Source: Candidatus Velthaea sp. (GTDB lineage: Bacteria; Vulcanimicrobiota; Vulcanimicrobiia; Vulcanimicrobiales; Vulcanimicrobiaceae). From it: a stretch of 56,159 bases of DNA. The position numbers were made by a program, and so were the translations under genes. Positions 1 through 8,730 of the stretch are shown one piece after another. The first letter of the stretch is position 1; each line of letters opens with the position of its first letter. Under the pieces are notes generated by a model. The model did not search any database, was not told the DNA's origin, and saw nothing but the letters and a program-made list of their open reading frames with translations. The stretch covers positions 1 to 56,159 of the forward strand of contig JBEKHC010000021.1 in assembly GCA_050012475.1 (NCBI GenBank), written 5' to 3'.

Positions 1-703
1 CGACCATCCACAGGACGAGAACCGCGATCCAGACCGCGAACTGTCCGAGCGGCTCGCCGCCCACGGAGACCCCGCGAAACGTCTCGATGAATTGCGTCGA
101 GGGCAGCAGCCGCAGCGCCGCGCTGACTGCATGGGGAAAGCGGTCGATCGGAACGTATGCGTCCGAGAGAAACGCCAGCGGTACGGTGAGGATCGAGGCG
201 ATGTTGTTCGCGCTTTCCGTCGTGCGGGCGAGCGCGCCGATGATCGTGCCAAGCGACACGAACGTTGCCGTACCCAACAGCAAGATCGCGAAGATCGAAA
301 CCGGATTGCCGGTGATGCGGACGTGGAAGAGCAGCGCACCGACGACGATGAGAATGAGCGCCTGCGCTCCGAGCAGCGCGACGCGATACGTCACGAGCGA
401 GGCGAAGAACACCCAAGCCGGCATCGGCGTGATGTACACGCGGCGCAGCAAGTGCTTTTCGCGAAAGGTTGCGAGCATCACGCCGACGCCCCAAAAGCCG
501 GAACTCAAAACTTGCGCGCCGATGATGCCAGGCACTAAAAACGCCGATGATTTCGACGTGACGCCGTCGGAGAACGCGAATGAGAACAACACCAGGAAGA
601 AGACCGGCATCGCCAGCGTCCAGAACATCATCTCGCCGTCGCGCCGAAAATACCACAGGAAGTGCATCTTCGTTTGCGTCGCAAACATCCGCCAAAGCGT
701 CAT
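1..703 (-). CDS. ABC-2 type transporter permease (3' end runs off the window)
   Basis: Manual translation from ATG at 703 (MTLWRMFATQTKMHFLWYFRRDGEMMFWTLAMPVFFLVLF...FLVPGIIGAQVLSSGFWGVG) gives multiple TM helices. The start overlaps the stop of the ABC ATPase (ATGA). Not in the ORF track because it is truncated. Confidence 0.88.
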   Translation of the reverse strand, partial: MTLWRMFATQTKMHFLWYFRRDGEMMFWTLAMPVFFLVLFSFAFSDGVTSKSSAFLVPGIIGAQVLSSGFWGVGVMLATFREKHLLRRVYITPMPAWVFFASLVTYRVALLGAQALILIVVGALLFHVRITGNPVSIFAILLLGTATFVSLGTIIGALARTTESANNIASILTVPLAFLSDAYVPIDRFPHAVSAALRLLPSTQFIETFRGVSVGGEPLGQFAVWIAVLVLWMV

Positions 704-1626
704 TCTTCAACCTCTTCGATCGTTTCGCCGGTGATCGCGATGAACGCGTCTTCCAGAGTCGGCCGGTGCATGTCGAGCGCGGTTATTTTGGCGTCGAGCG
801 CATTGGCTTGCGTCACGATCGCGGCCAGCGCCAGTCCGGGCTCTCCGCGCGTCGCAAGTTTCCACTCGTCGCGCGTCTTCGTCCAGGTGCCTAAATCTTC
901 GAGCACGCGATCTGGGGCGAAGCCGTTTGCGACGATCGAAACCGTCGCATCACCGCCAAAGCGCGCGACAAGGTCCGCCGGCGTTGCTTCGGCGACGATC
1001 CGGCCGCGTTGGACCATGCAGATGCGATCGCTCAGGCGCTCGGCCTCTTCGATGTAGTGCGTCGTGAGGACGATCGTTTTGCCGCTCGCGCGCAGCCGCT
1101 CGACTTCGGTCCACAAGATGCGCCGGCCGAAGGCGTCCATGCCCGCGGTCGGCTCGTCGAGAAACAGCACGTCGGGATCGTGCTGCAATGCCAGCGCCAG
1201 CGCCAGGCGCTGCTGCTCGCCGCCGGACAGCTGCGCCATTTGGCGGTCGAGCTTGCCTTCCAGACCGACGCGCTCGGCCAGTTCGTGCACCCGCGGCGGG
1301 ATGCTGTAGTACGCGGCGTACAACTCGAGGACTTCGCGCACGTTGGCTTTTTCGGGCAACGACGTGGCTTGCAGCTGCACGCCCATGCGGCGGCGCAACT
1401 GAACGAGATCGCGGGCGCGGGTCGGATCTAGGCCGAGAACGCGAATCGTCCCGGAGGTCGGCTTGCCGATCCCGATGCAGCACTCCAGCGTCGTCGTCTT
1501 GCCGGCGCCGTTGCGGCCCAGCAGGCCGAAGATGGTTCCGGCTTCGACCGTAAAACTCAACCCGGCAACGGCTTCAACGTCGCCGTATCGCTTCACCAAC
1601 CGGTCGACGACGATCGCTGCGCTCAC
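700..1626 (-). CDS. ABC transporter ATP-binding protein (DrrA/multidrug export type)
   Basis: Walker A GRNGAGKTT, signature LSGGEQQR, Walker B LFLDEPT, H-loop TTHY. Real start is probably GTG at 1626; the rest of ORF 700..3180 is an antisense shadow. Confidence 0.93.
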   Translation of the reverse strand: MSAAIVVDRLVKRYGDVEAVAGLSFTVEAGTIFGLLGRNGAGKTTTLECCIGIGKPTSGTIRVLGLDPTRARDLVQLRRRMGVQLQATSLPEKANVREVLELYAAYYSIPPRVHELAERVGLEGKLDRQMAQLSGGEQQRLALALALQHDPDVLFLDEPTAGMDAFGRRILWTEVERLRASGKTIVLTTHYIEEAERLSDRICMVQRGRIVAEATPADLVARFGGDATVSIVANGFAPDRVLEDLGTWTKTRDEWKLATRGEPGLALAAIVTQANALDAKITALDMHRPTLEDAFIAITGETIEEVEE

Positions 1627-1725
1627 GGGAGCTTGCAATGCGGCAGCGCGGCGATTGTTTTCAGCCGCCGCACGATCGCCGGCAACCGGGCCCGGATTTT
1701 GGCACGAACGGGCGAAGCCCATGCG

Positions 1726-3372
1726 ATGCGCGCGCTCGTGTTCCGAATGCCGGTCCTCGCTGCTCTGGCAATGGCCGTCGGGGCGGCTCCCGCAACGCCG
1801 GCCGCCGGGGCGGCGCCCGCAATGCGGGCCGCTGTGGGAGCGCCCGCGCCGCCGCTCGTGCTGACGAATCTCGAGGGGAAAGCGCTGCCGGCGCTGCGCC
1901 CGCACGGCAACGTCATGGTGCTCAACTTCTGGGCGACCTGGTGCCCGCCGTGCCGGGCGGAAACGCCCGCTCTCAGCGCGGCGTACGCGCGCCTGCACCC
2001 CCAGGGCGTCGAATTCTTGGGCATCGATACGACGGAGACCGGTCCGATCGTCAAAACGTTCCTCTCGGCAAAGGGCGTTCCGTACCCCAGCGCGCTGGCC
2101 GGTCCGAGCGTGTACAACGCTTACGGCATCTCGTTCATCCCGACGACCGTCGTGCTCGATCCCGACGGCATCGTGCGCGCGCGCTGGATCGGCGGCGTCA
2201 CGCCCGCGCAGCTCGCGCACTACGTTGAAGCGGCGCGAGCGCGGCGCTCCACGACGTACGTCTCGGCCGCGCAGGCACGGATCGACGCCCTGCTCGACCC
2301 GCGGCGCTTCCGCTTCGACGGAAAGCCGGCCGGACGGCGTGCCGCGGTCGCGGCGCTCAATGCGGCGCTCGCGCGCGCGGAGGCGATCGCGCGCCGCGAT
2401 GAAACGACGGTCGACTACGAGCGCACGCAGCGCGCCGAAGGGACCTTGCTCGTAGCTGCCGGCACGGCCGTGCGCGCGCACGCTCTGACGCCGCGGGAAA
2501 AACTCGACGGACTCGTGATGTTTGCGCGCGGGTCGGGCGATCTCAATCGCTGGGACGACGCCGCCTGGGCGTACCGCGCGGCGCTGCGCATCACGCCCGA
2601 CGCGCCGGTCCTGGTGGCCGCGCTCTCGCGCGCGTACTACCGGCTGCACCACTATCCCGAGATGATCGCTCAGGCGCAGCGCTACACCCGGCTCAAACCC
2701 GAGAACGGCGATGGCTGGGCCGATCTGGGTCTCGCGTACCAGCGCGTTCGCCGGTTCCGTTCCGCGGCGCCCGCGTACGACAAGGCGCTGCGCTTGCTGC
2801 GCGCCGAGGCGGCGAAATCCCCAGCGCAAGATGCGTTCGCCGATGTCGCCGATACGTCGCTCGACGCCGCCGACGTGTACGTGTCGCTGGGCGACGAAGC
2901 CGGTGCGCGCCGCGCGTTCGATGCGGCCAATGCGTATGCCGATCGGCTTGTGGCGCACGGCACCTACGCCGAGCTCAAGCGCAACGTCAAAGAGCGCACG
3001 CAGGAGGGCCTCATCGCTACAGCGCTCGCCGGGCGGACGCGTCAACCCGTCGTTTCCGTCGTGCCTTGGACCGGCCCGGACCTGCCCGGCAGTTTGGCTT
3101 CGACGCTCAAATACCGCCTCGTGGTCGCCGCGCCCGCGGACCGCCCGGTGACGCTGCAAGCCCGAGGCCTGCGTCCGCATTGGGTCGCGTCGTTCTGCGC
3201 CGACGGCCTATGCTCGCCGCAAACGGTCTCGTTCACCGCGCCGCCCGGCGGGGTGAAAACGTTCGAGTTTCAACTCGTTCCGCCGAACGAAGGCGAGCAG
3301 CCCGGAAACGTCGCGATTGCCGTCGGCGGCGGCGCGTCCGTCGCCGTTCCCGCACCGGGCCGTGCGCGCTAG
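1726..3372 (+). CDS. Secreted TlpA/ResA-like thiol-disulfide oxidoreductase fused to TPR repeats and a C-terminal beta-rich domain
   Basis: Signal peptide, LNFWATWCPPC, cis-Pro motif FIPTT, TPR-like helices (WADLGLAYQR), C-terminal WVASFCADGLCSP. Confidence 0.85.
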   Translation: MRALVFRMPVLAALAMAVGAAPATPAAGAAPAMRAAVGAPAPPLVLTNLEGKALPALRPHGNVMVLNFWATWCPPCRAETPALSAAYARLHPQGVEFLGIDTTETGPIVKTFLSAKGVPYPSALAGPSVYNAYGISFIPTTVVLDPDGIVRARWIGGVTPAQLAHYVEAARARRSTTYVSAAQARIDALLDPRRFRFDGKPAGRRAAVAALNAALARAEAIARRDETTVDYERTQRAEGTLLVAAGTAVRAHALTPREKLDGLVMFARGSGDLNRWDDAAWAYRAALRITPDAPVLVAALSRAYYRLHHYPEMIAQAQRYTRLKPENGDGWADLGLAYQRVRRFRSAAPAYDKALRLLRAEAAKSPAQDAFADVADTSLDAADVYVSLGDEAGARRAFDAANAYADRLVAHGTYAELKRNVKERTQEGLIATALAGRTRQPVVSVVPWTGPDLPGSLASTLKYRLVVAAPADRPVTLQARGLRPHWVASFCADGLCSPQTVSFTAPPGGVKTFEFQLVPPNEGEQPGNVAIAVGGGASVAVPAPGRAR

Positions 3373-4232
3373 ACTTCGAGCGTACGGGTGCTGCGCATCC
3401 GCGCGTGGCCGCCGACCCAGACATCCGCGATCGCGTTGTTTTCCAGGCCCAGGATCGCGCTCAGCCGGCTCGGCGACGGCGGATGCATGAACGTGCCTTG
3501 ATCGAACGTGAAACGATCCGTCGTGCGCCCGGCGCAGTCGTGCAGGAACGCGGCGAGCAGACCCGCCGCCATTCCGGTCGCGGATTCTTCGGGGATGCCG
3601 ACGCGCGGCGCGAACATCCGGATCGTTGCATCGAACGTCGGATCATCGGCGGGTGCGAATACATAGTAGCCTGCTACGTCGGCGGTCTGGGAGATCGCCT
3701 CGATGGCGCGCATGTTCGGCACGACGGCCGCCAACATCCCGGTGTGCGGCAGCGGCACGAGCAAGAACGCCGTGTCGTGACGCGCGATCGTCGGCGATGA
3801 GACAAACGCCGTCGCCTCGCTCAGGCCGAGCGACGCCGCGATCGTCCGTGGATCCGGGCCGGGCGCGTAACGGGCCGGAAGCTGCTGCATGAAGACGCGC
3901 CCGTCACCTTCGAATCGAATGACCCGCGGGCCGGCGATCGTATGTTTGATCGTCGAATTGCTGAAACGCCCGCGCTGGGCAAGCAGGCCGAACGCCGCGA
4001 CGGTTGCGTGGCCGCAGTCGGGAACGCGCACCTTGGGCGTGAAGACGTCGAAGCGAAAACCGTCGTGCAATTCGCTGATGAACGCCGTTTCGGAGTAGCC
4101 CAGCTGCGCGGCGATCGATTGCATTTGGGTTTCGCTCAGATCGGACCGATCGAGAACGACGCCGGCGAGATTTCCGCCGTCGCGCTCATCGACGAAGGCG
4201 GCCACGACTTCGGCGATCACCGAACTGCTCAT
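3369..4232 (-). CDS. PhzF-family isomerase/epimerase
   Basis: GGNLAGVV, LGYSETAF, CGHAT, RMFAP..GIPEESATG motifs. Confidence 0.92.
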   Translation of the reverse strand: MSSSVIAEVVAAFVDERDGGNLAGVVLDRSDLSETQMQSIAAQLGYSETAFISELHDGFRFDVFTPKVRVPDCGHATVAAFGLLAQRGRFSNSTIKHTIAGPRVIRFEGDGRVFMQQLPARYAPGPDPRTIAASLGLSEATAFVSSPTIARHDTAFLLVPLPHTGMLAAVVPNMRAIEAISQTADVAGYYVFAPADDPTFDATIRMFAPRVGIPEESATGMAAGLLAAFLHDCAGRTTDRFTFDQGTFMHPPSPSRLSAILGLENNAIADVWVGGHARMRSTRTLEV

Positions 4233-4311
4233 CCGAACGCACTGCGCGACGCGGCGCGCGTGGTCCTCGTGTGAGACGATTTGGCGAAGCCTAAACGCCG
4301 CGCTGAACGTG

Positions 4312-5604
4312 TTAACCCCCGGCTCGCCGCTCGGCGACGAAGCGAAGAAACGCTTCGTATAAGGTCTTCATGCTCGTGGGCAGCGTGCGATAGTAGTACG
4401 CGCTCGCGATCATCGGCATGTCGCGCGGCGCGACGACCGTTCGCGCTTGCCGGGCGAACGCCGCGAGCGTCGCAGCGACGGGCTTTTCGCTGCCGTCGCT
4501 GCGCACGATGCCCAGCGTGCACTCATGGCCGAAGTCGACGAACGGCGCGGAGCTGCGGATGTCGTCGGGATAGTCGGCCCAACACCACCAAGACGCGCCG
4601 AGCCGGCCGTCGGCGTGCAGCCGATCGAGCACGTTCGCACCCATGAATGCCTGTTCGTCTTCGGTCAGGCACGGGTAGGTGGCGAAGACCGGATCGTCCG
4701 GCGATACCTCCAACGGCGGCGGGTCGCCCGGTAGAGCGAATCGCTCTAGGGCCGAGAACTTGTCCGGCGGGCAGGTCGGGTTGCCGAAGCCCGTGACCAG
4801 CACCGGCTGCAGTGAAAACGCCGCGGTCAGCATCGCCAGAAACGGCATCACCTCGGGGTCGAGCCGATTGCGCGCGATCGCCGTCGACACGGTGTCGCCC
4901 TGCATCGACGCAAAGCCGAACGGCACACAAAGCGATCCCAGCCGAATGCTGCGGTCGGTCGTGAGATCGCCGCTGAACGTTCCGGCCGTCACCGGCACCG
5001 TGTCCGCTTCGCGCAACGCGTGGGTCAACCGGCGGCTCCAGTTCGCGACGACGGCTTCGTCGGCCGGCGCTTTCGAGTGCTCGCCGGACGTCACCATCGC
5101 GTGCGACGGTTCGCGCACGTCGCTGAAGCGATGGCCGATATCCCAGGCGAAAAGCGCGGGATGCGCGCGCAACCGCTGCGCTGCAGCGCGCGCGAAGACG
5201 AGCTGGGCTTCGAGCAAAGCGCCGCGATACAGATCGCCGCAGCCGAACGCCGATTCACGTTCGCCGGTGAACGTCCGAAACCGGCCGCGCGGCGCGTGCC
5301 GGTCGAGCGCCCAATCCGGCAGATAGTTGGCGCCGTGCGCGTGGCCGCAGAAGAGCACCGGCAGCGCGCGCAAACCGTTGTCGCCCGCGAGCGACATGAC
5401 GGTTTCGAGCCGGTCGAGCATGAGCCCATCGATGCGGTCGGGCTGCGGCGCAAAGGCATCCCAGCGCAGGAAGAAACGAACCGTATCGAGTCCCAGCGCG
5501 GCAATTTGGGCGAAATCCGCGCCGATCTCTCCAGCGTCGAAGCGCTGCCACATCGCGGTCGCCGAACGCCGCGGCCAATAGTTCACGCCCAGTGAGAATC
5601 TCAT
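4312..5604 (-). CDS. Clan GH-A (GH5/beta-mannanase-like) protein with degenerate catalytic motifs
   Basis: GVNYWPR, VRFFLRWDAF, WWCWAD, LGIVRSDGSEKP match GH5-like mannanases. The expected W..GNE is WDIGHR and the expected EFG is TGFG. Confidence 0.8.
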   Translation of the reverse strand: MRFSLGVNYWPRRSATAMWQRFDAGEIGADFAQIAALGLDTVRFFLRWDAFAPQPDRIDGLMLDRLETVMSLAGDNGLRALPVLFCGHAHGANYLPDWALDRHAPRGRFRTFTGERESAFGCGDLYRGALLEAQLVFARAAAQRLRAHPALFAWDIGHRFSDVREPSHAMVTSGEHSKAPADEAVVANWSRRLTHALREADTVPVTAGTFSGDLTTDRSIRLGSLCVPFGFASMQGDTVSTAIARNRLDPEVMPFLAMLTAAFSLQPVLVTGFGNPTCPPDKFSALERFALPGDPPPLEVSPDDPVFATYPCLTEDEQAFMGANVLDRLHADGRLGASWWCWADYPDDIRSSAPFVDFGHECTLGIVRSDGSEKPVAATLAAFARQARTVVAPRDMPMIASAYYYRTLPTSMKTLYEAFLRFVAERRAGG

Positions 5605-5675
5605 CGCGACGCCTCGGCACCAGCTGTGCACTTGCCTGCGCGAGGCGCCGTCATCGACGGGGAAAGAAACGCCTC

Positions 5676-6269
5676 ATGATCTCGCACCGCATCTTTCGTC
5701 CCGCGTGCTTTGCGTTTGCCTCCTTGGCCTTCGCCGGTGCGCTGTGCGGCGCGACCGGCGCCCAGAGCCAGCCCGCCGCGCCGGCGTCGGGCGGCCCGGC
5801 ATGTCCGCAAGTCGCGGCCGGACTCAGCGCGACGATCGACACGAAGAAAGTCAAAGCAGGCGAGATGTTTCACTTTGCGACGACTGGTCCGGTGACCAGC
5901 GACGGCGTGACCATTCCGGCGGGCACGAACGGCATTGGATTGATCGCAACGCTCGACCACTCCAAGAGCCAAGGACATTCGGGGTACCTCGTCCTCGAGG
6001 CTCGCTATCTCGAACGCGCGGACGGCGTCCACGTTCCGGTCACGCTGTTGCCGGGCGGCGACGGACACGCCGCCTCCTTCGTTCGCGCCGGCAGTTCGAG
6101 CGCCGGCCTCATCGGCTACCTGCCATACTACATCGGGACTGCGGCGGGCGTGTACAACACGTTTCACCACGGGAAAGACGCGGCGGTCGTCGCCGGCGCG
6201 CCGCTGCAGCTCCTCGTCGGCGATGCCTTTTATGCGGGGACGTGCCGCGTCGACATCGATCAGCGTTGA
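5676..6269 (+). CDS. Secreted hypothetical protein (VirB10/TrbI-like beta domain)
   Basis: Signal peptide. The LSATIDTK..GEMF..VTIPAGT..G pattern resembles TrbI-like domains. Confidence 0.6.
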   Translation: MISHRIFRPACFAFASLAFAGALCGATGAQSQPAAPASGGPACPQVAAGLSATIDTKKVKAGEMFHFATTGPVTSDGVTIPAGTNGIGLIATLDHSKSQGHSGYLVLEARYLERADGVHVPVTLLPGGDGHAASFVRAGSSSAGLIGYLPYYIGTAAGVYNTFHHGKDAAVVAGAPLQLLVGDAFYAGTCRVDIDQR

Positions 6270-7480
6270 GCGGCGCGCAAACAGCGGTACACCGCCGATT
6301 CGAAGTCGAGATAGGCCGGAAACGAGACCGGGTCGATGAACGGGAAGATTTGCGTCGCCCAGAAGCCGCCGAGCCCGTTCCGCCGATCGATCCAATAAAA
6401 GAGATTGGCGATTCCGGCCCAGCCCAGTTCGCCCGCGGGCCGGCCGGTGGGCGCGGTGTCGTCGTTGATCATCCACCCGTATCCCCACGACTTGGAAAGG
6501 CCCGGAAAGAAGTCGAGGGCGTTGGACTCGCGCGGCAGCGCGCCGGGCAGCGGCCGAACCTTGAGCGCTCCGAGTCCGTTGCGCGCCATCCGCTCGACCG
6601 TGTGCGGCTGCAAGACGCGGTCGCCATCGGGGGCGGCGCCGTCGTTCAGGATCATGCGGATGAACTTGACGAAATCGGCCGCCGTGCCGTACAGTCCGTG
6701 ACCGCCCATCTCCAGCTGCGGATCTTGCGGGAGTTCGATGAGCGGCTTGGCGCGCAGCGTTCCGTCCGCCGCGCGGAGGTGAATGGTGGCGCGGCGTGCG
6801 CGCAGTTCGGGCGTCAAGCGAAACCCGGTCTCGCGCATGTCGAGCGGCGCGAACACGTGCTCGCGCAACACGTCACCAAGCCGCTTTCCGCGCACGGCCT
6901 CGACGATTCTGCCGGCCCAATCGATGCTGATGCCGTATTCCCAGCGCGTCCCGGGATCGAACAACAGCGGCGTCGCGAGCGCTGCCGCCATCCCGCTCAC
7001 GACGCTGGGAACGCCGCGCGCCTTGCCGTAGCGCACGAGATCGGGACTGAACATGTCGTACCCGAATCCCGACGTGTGCAGCAGCAACTGTTCGATGGTG
7101 ACGTCGCTGACCGGATCGCGCAGCAGCGGTTCGCCATCGGCGTCGAACCCTTCGAGCACCCGGCTTTCGGCGATTTCGGGAACGTAGGTACGCGCGGGAT
7201 CGTCGAGCCGGAGCAAACCATGCTCGACGAGCTGCATCACCGCAACCGACGTGATCGCTTTGCTGCACGAGTAGAGGCAGAGCACCGTGTCGTTCGTCAT
7301 CGGCGTTTCGCGTTCCAAGCCGCGCCGTCCGGCTGCACCGGCGTAGCGCGTTTGCGTTCGGTCGGTCACCATCGCGACCACACCGGGTACGCCGTTTTCT
7401 CGTTCGACTGCCGCGCGTAACACATCGTCGGCGGCCGCCTGGAGCGCGCGGTCGAAGTCGCGGGCCGTTGCGCTGGTCAC
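6260..7480 (-). CDS. Serine hydrolase, beta-lactamase class C/esterase family
   Basis: SxxK (YSCSK), LLLHTSG, LLFDPGTRWEYG, GGHGLYGT, WAG motifs. Confidence 0.92.
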   Translation of the reverse strand: MTSATARDFDRALQAAADDVLRAAVERENGVPGVVAMVTDRTQTRYAGAAGRRGLERETPMTNDTVLCLYSCSKAITSVAVMQLVEHGLLRLDDPARTYVPEIAESRVLEGFDADGEPLLRDPVSDVTIEQLLLHTSGFGYDMFSPDLVRYGKARGVPSVVSGMAAALATPLLFDPGTRWEYGISIDWAGRIVEAVRGKRLGDVLREHVFAPLDMRETGFRLTPELRARRATIHLRAADGTLRAKPLIELPQDPQLEMGGHGLYGTAADFVKFIRMILNDGAAPDGDRVLQPHTVERMARNGLGALKVRPLPGALPRESNALDFFPGLSKSWGYGWMINDDTAPTGRPAGELGWAGIANLFYWIDRRNGLGGFWATQIFPFIDPVSFPAYLDFESAVYRCLRAAQR

Positions 7481-7914
7481 AACGGCGAAAACGCGTGGCG
7501 ATCGTCGGCGTCGAGAATGTCCAGCATCTTCGCCAGCTCGGGGTGCACGGCGAGGACAGGATGGCGTTGGCGCACCAGTTCCTGATCGGCGGGCGACATG
7601 CGGTCGACCACGAACGATTCGAGCTTCGCGTTCATCGCCGGCGCGTTCGAAGGATCGATGCGCGCCGCGAGCCAGGCGACGACTTCGCCTTCGTCGGCGG
7701 CCTGAGCGACGGCTGCGCGGAATTCATCCATTTGGAGCCCTAAGCGCCGCACGACGAATGCGCTGAAGCCCGTGTCGTGATTCAGGTAGGCGCCCATGTT
7801 TCCACCCGGCAGCTCGGCTCGCAGCTTGTCGATGGTGCGCGGCAACAGGTAAAAGCCCAGCAGCGTCTCGCGGGCCGCGCGCGGCGGACGCGCGCTCAAA
7901 TCCAATGGGGTCAT
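7477..7914 (-). CDS. DUF5069-like protein
   Basis: DLSARPPR...LPRTIDKLRAELPG N-terminus and C-terminal LDADD. RBS GGAGGGG upstream. Stop overlaps the esterase start. Confidence 0.7.
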   Translation of the reverse strand: MTPLDLSARPPRAARETLLGFYLLPRTIDKLRAELPGGNMGAYLNHDTGFSAFVVRRLGLQMDEFRAAVAQAADEGEVVAWLAARIDPSNAPAMNAKLESFVVDRMSPADQELVRQRHPVLAVHPELAKMLDILDADDRHAFSPL

Positions 7915-8077
7915 CGCTGCTCCCCTCCAAGCCGCTTGCGTCTCGCGCAACGCGTCGGGTTTCGGCTTCGCCGCAGCCGTTCGCCGTCGCCTTTTCGCAT
8001 GATATGCGCCGCTTCGCCTACGGCAAGTCGACCAAGGTCTCGCTCGTCCTGGCCGGCGTATCCGGTACCATAGACCT

Positions 8078-8359
8078 ATGGACGGTCGGCAGATTTCGGC
8101 TCCGGCACGCTCGAATCGCGAACGGCTCGCGCAGCTCGAGCGCGCGCTCGCGCGTTTGACGCCCGACGGCACAACGCTTGCTCCGGCGCATCTCCGCGCT
8201 TGGCGCGGCGAAGCGTTCAACGGTTTCTTCGTCCGCATCGATGCGTCGACGTTCGCGCTGCACGTCGGCGACGGCCGCTACGTTTGGCTCGACGCCGAGC
8301 ACGACCTCGATGGACTGCTTCCCGGCGAAGCCGTCCGTCAAATGCGTCCGCGCGCCTAA
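8078..8359 (+). CDS. Small hypothetical protein
   Basis: 93-aa ORF with protein-like composition filling a gap; no recognised family. Confidence 0.45.
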   Translation: MDGRQISAPARSNRERLAQLERALARLTPDGTTLAPAHLRAWRGEAFNGFFVRIDASTFALHVGDGRYVWLDAEHDLDGLLPGEAVRQMRPRA

Positions 8360-8730
8360 ATCGATTCCTCTCGGCTTCGCTCGGCGAAATCTTAGGATTG
8401 TGCTTCGCCGATCGGTGCCGTTCAACGCTGTGCGCCGAGCCGCGCATCATCAGTCGCCGGGCAAAGCTCGGCGGCCGCCCATTCTCGACTTCCCCAGCGC
8501 GCACCGGCGGCGAATCGCGGCGAAATTGGCGAAATTCCGTTAGACATGCTATTCATTCGGGTAGGACGCCCTAAGCTGTTTCTCCTCGCGAGGACTTTCG
8601 GGGGGCGTTTTCGGAGGAAGCGTATGGCCCACAGGGCGTTGTACTCGTGCGCAGCCGCGAGTAAAGCGATCGCCGGCCGACCGGAGCGAAAAGTGAAATC
8701 GATCGAATGCTGACCGCGGCCGATTGATCG

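Noticed and set aside
1627..3180. 826-aa extended ABC ATPase as given in the ORF track
   Set aside because: The N-terminal ~518 aa are the antisense shadow of the TlpA-TPR gene; ABC homology starts near 1626.
3369..4232. Phenazine biosynthesis cluster
   Set aside because: Lone PhzF-family gene with no other phz genes.
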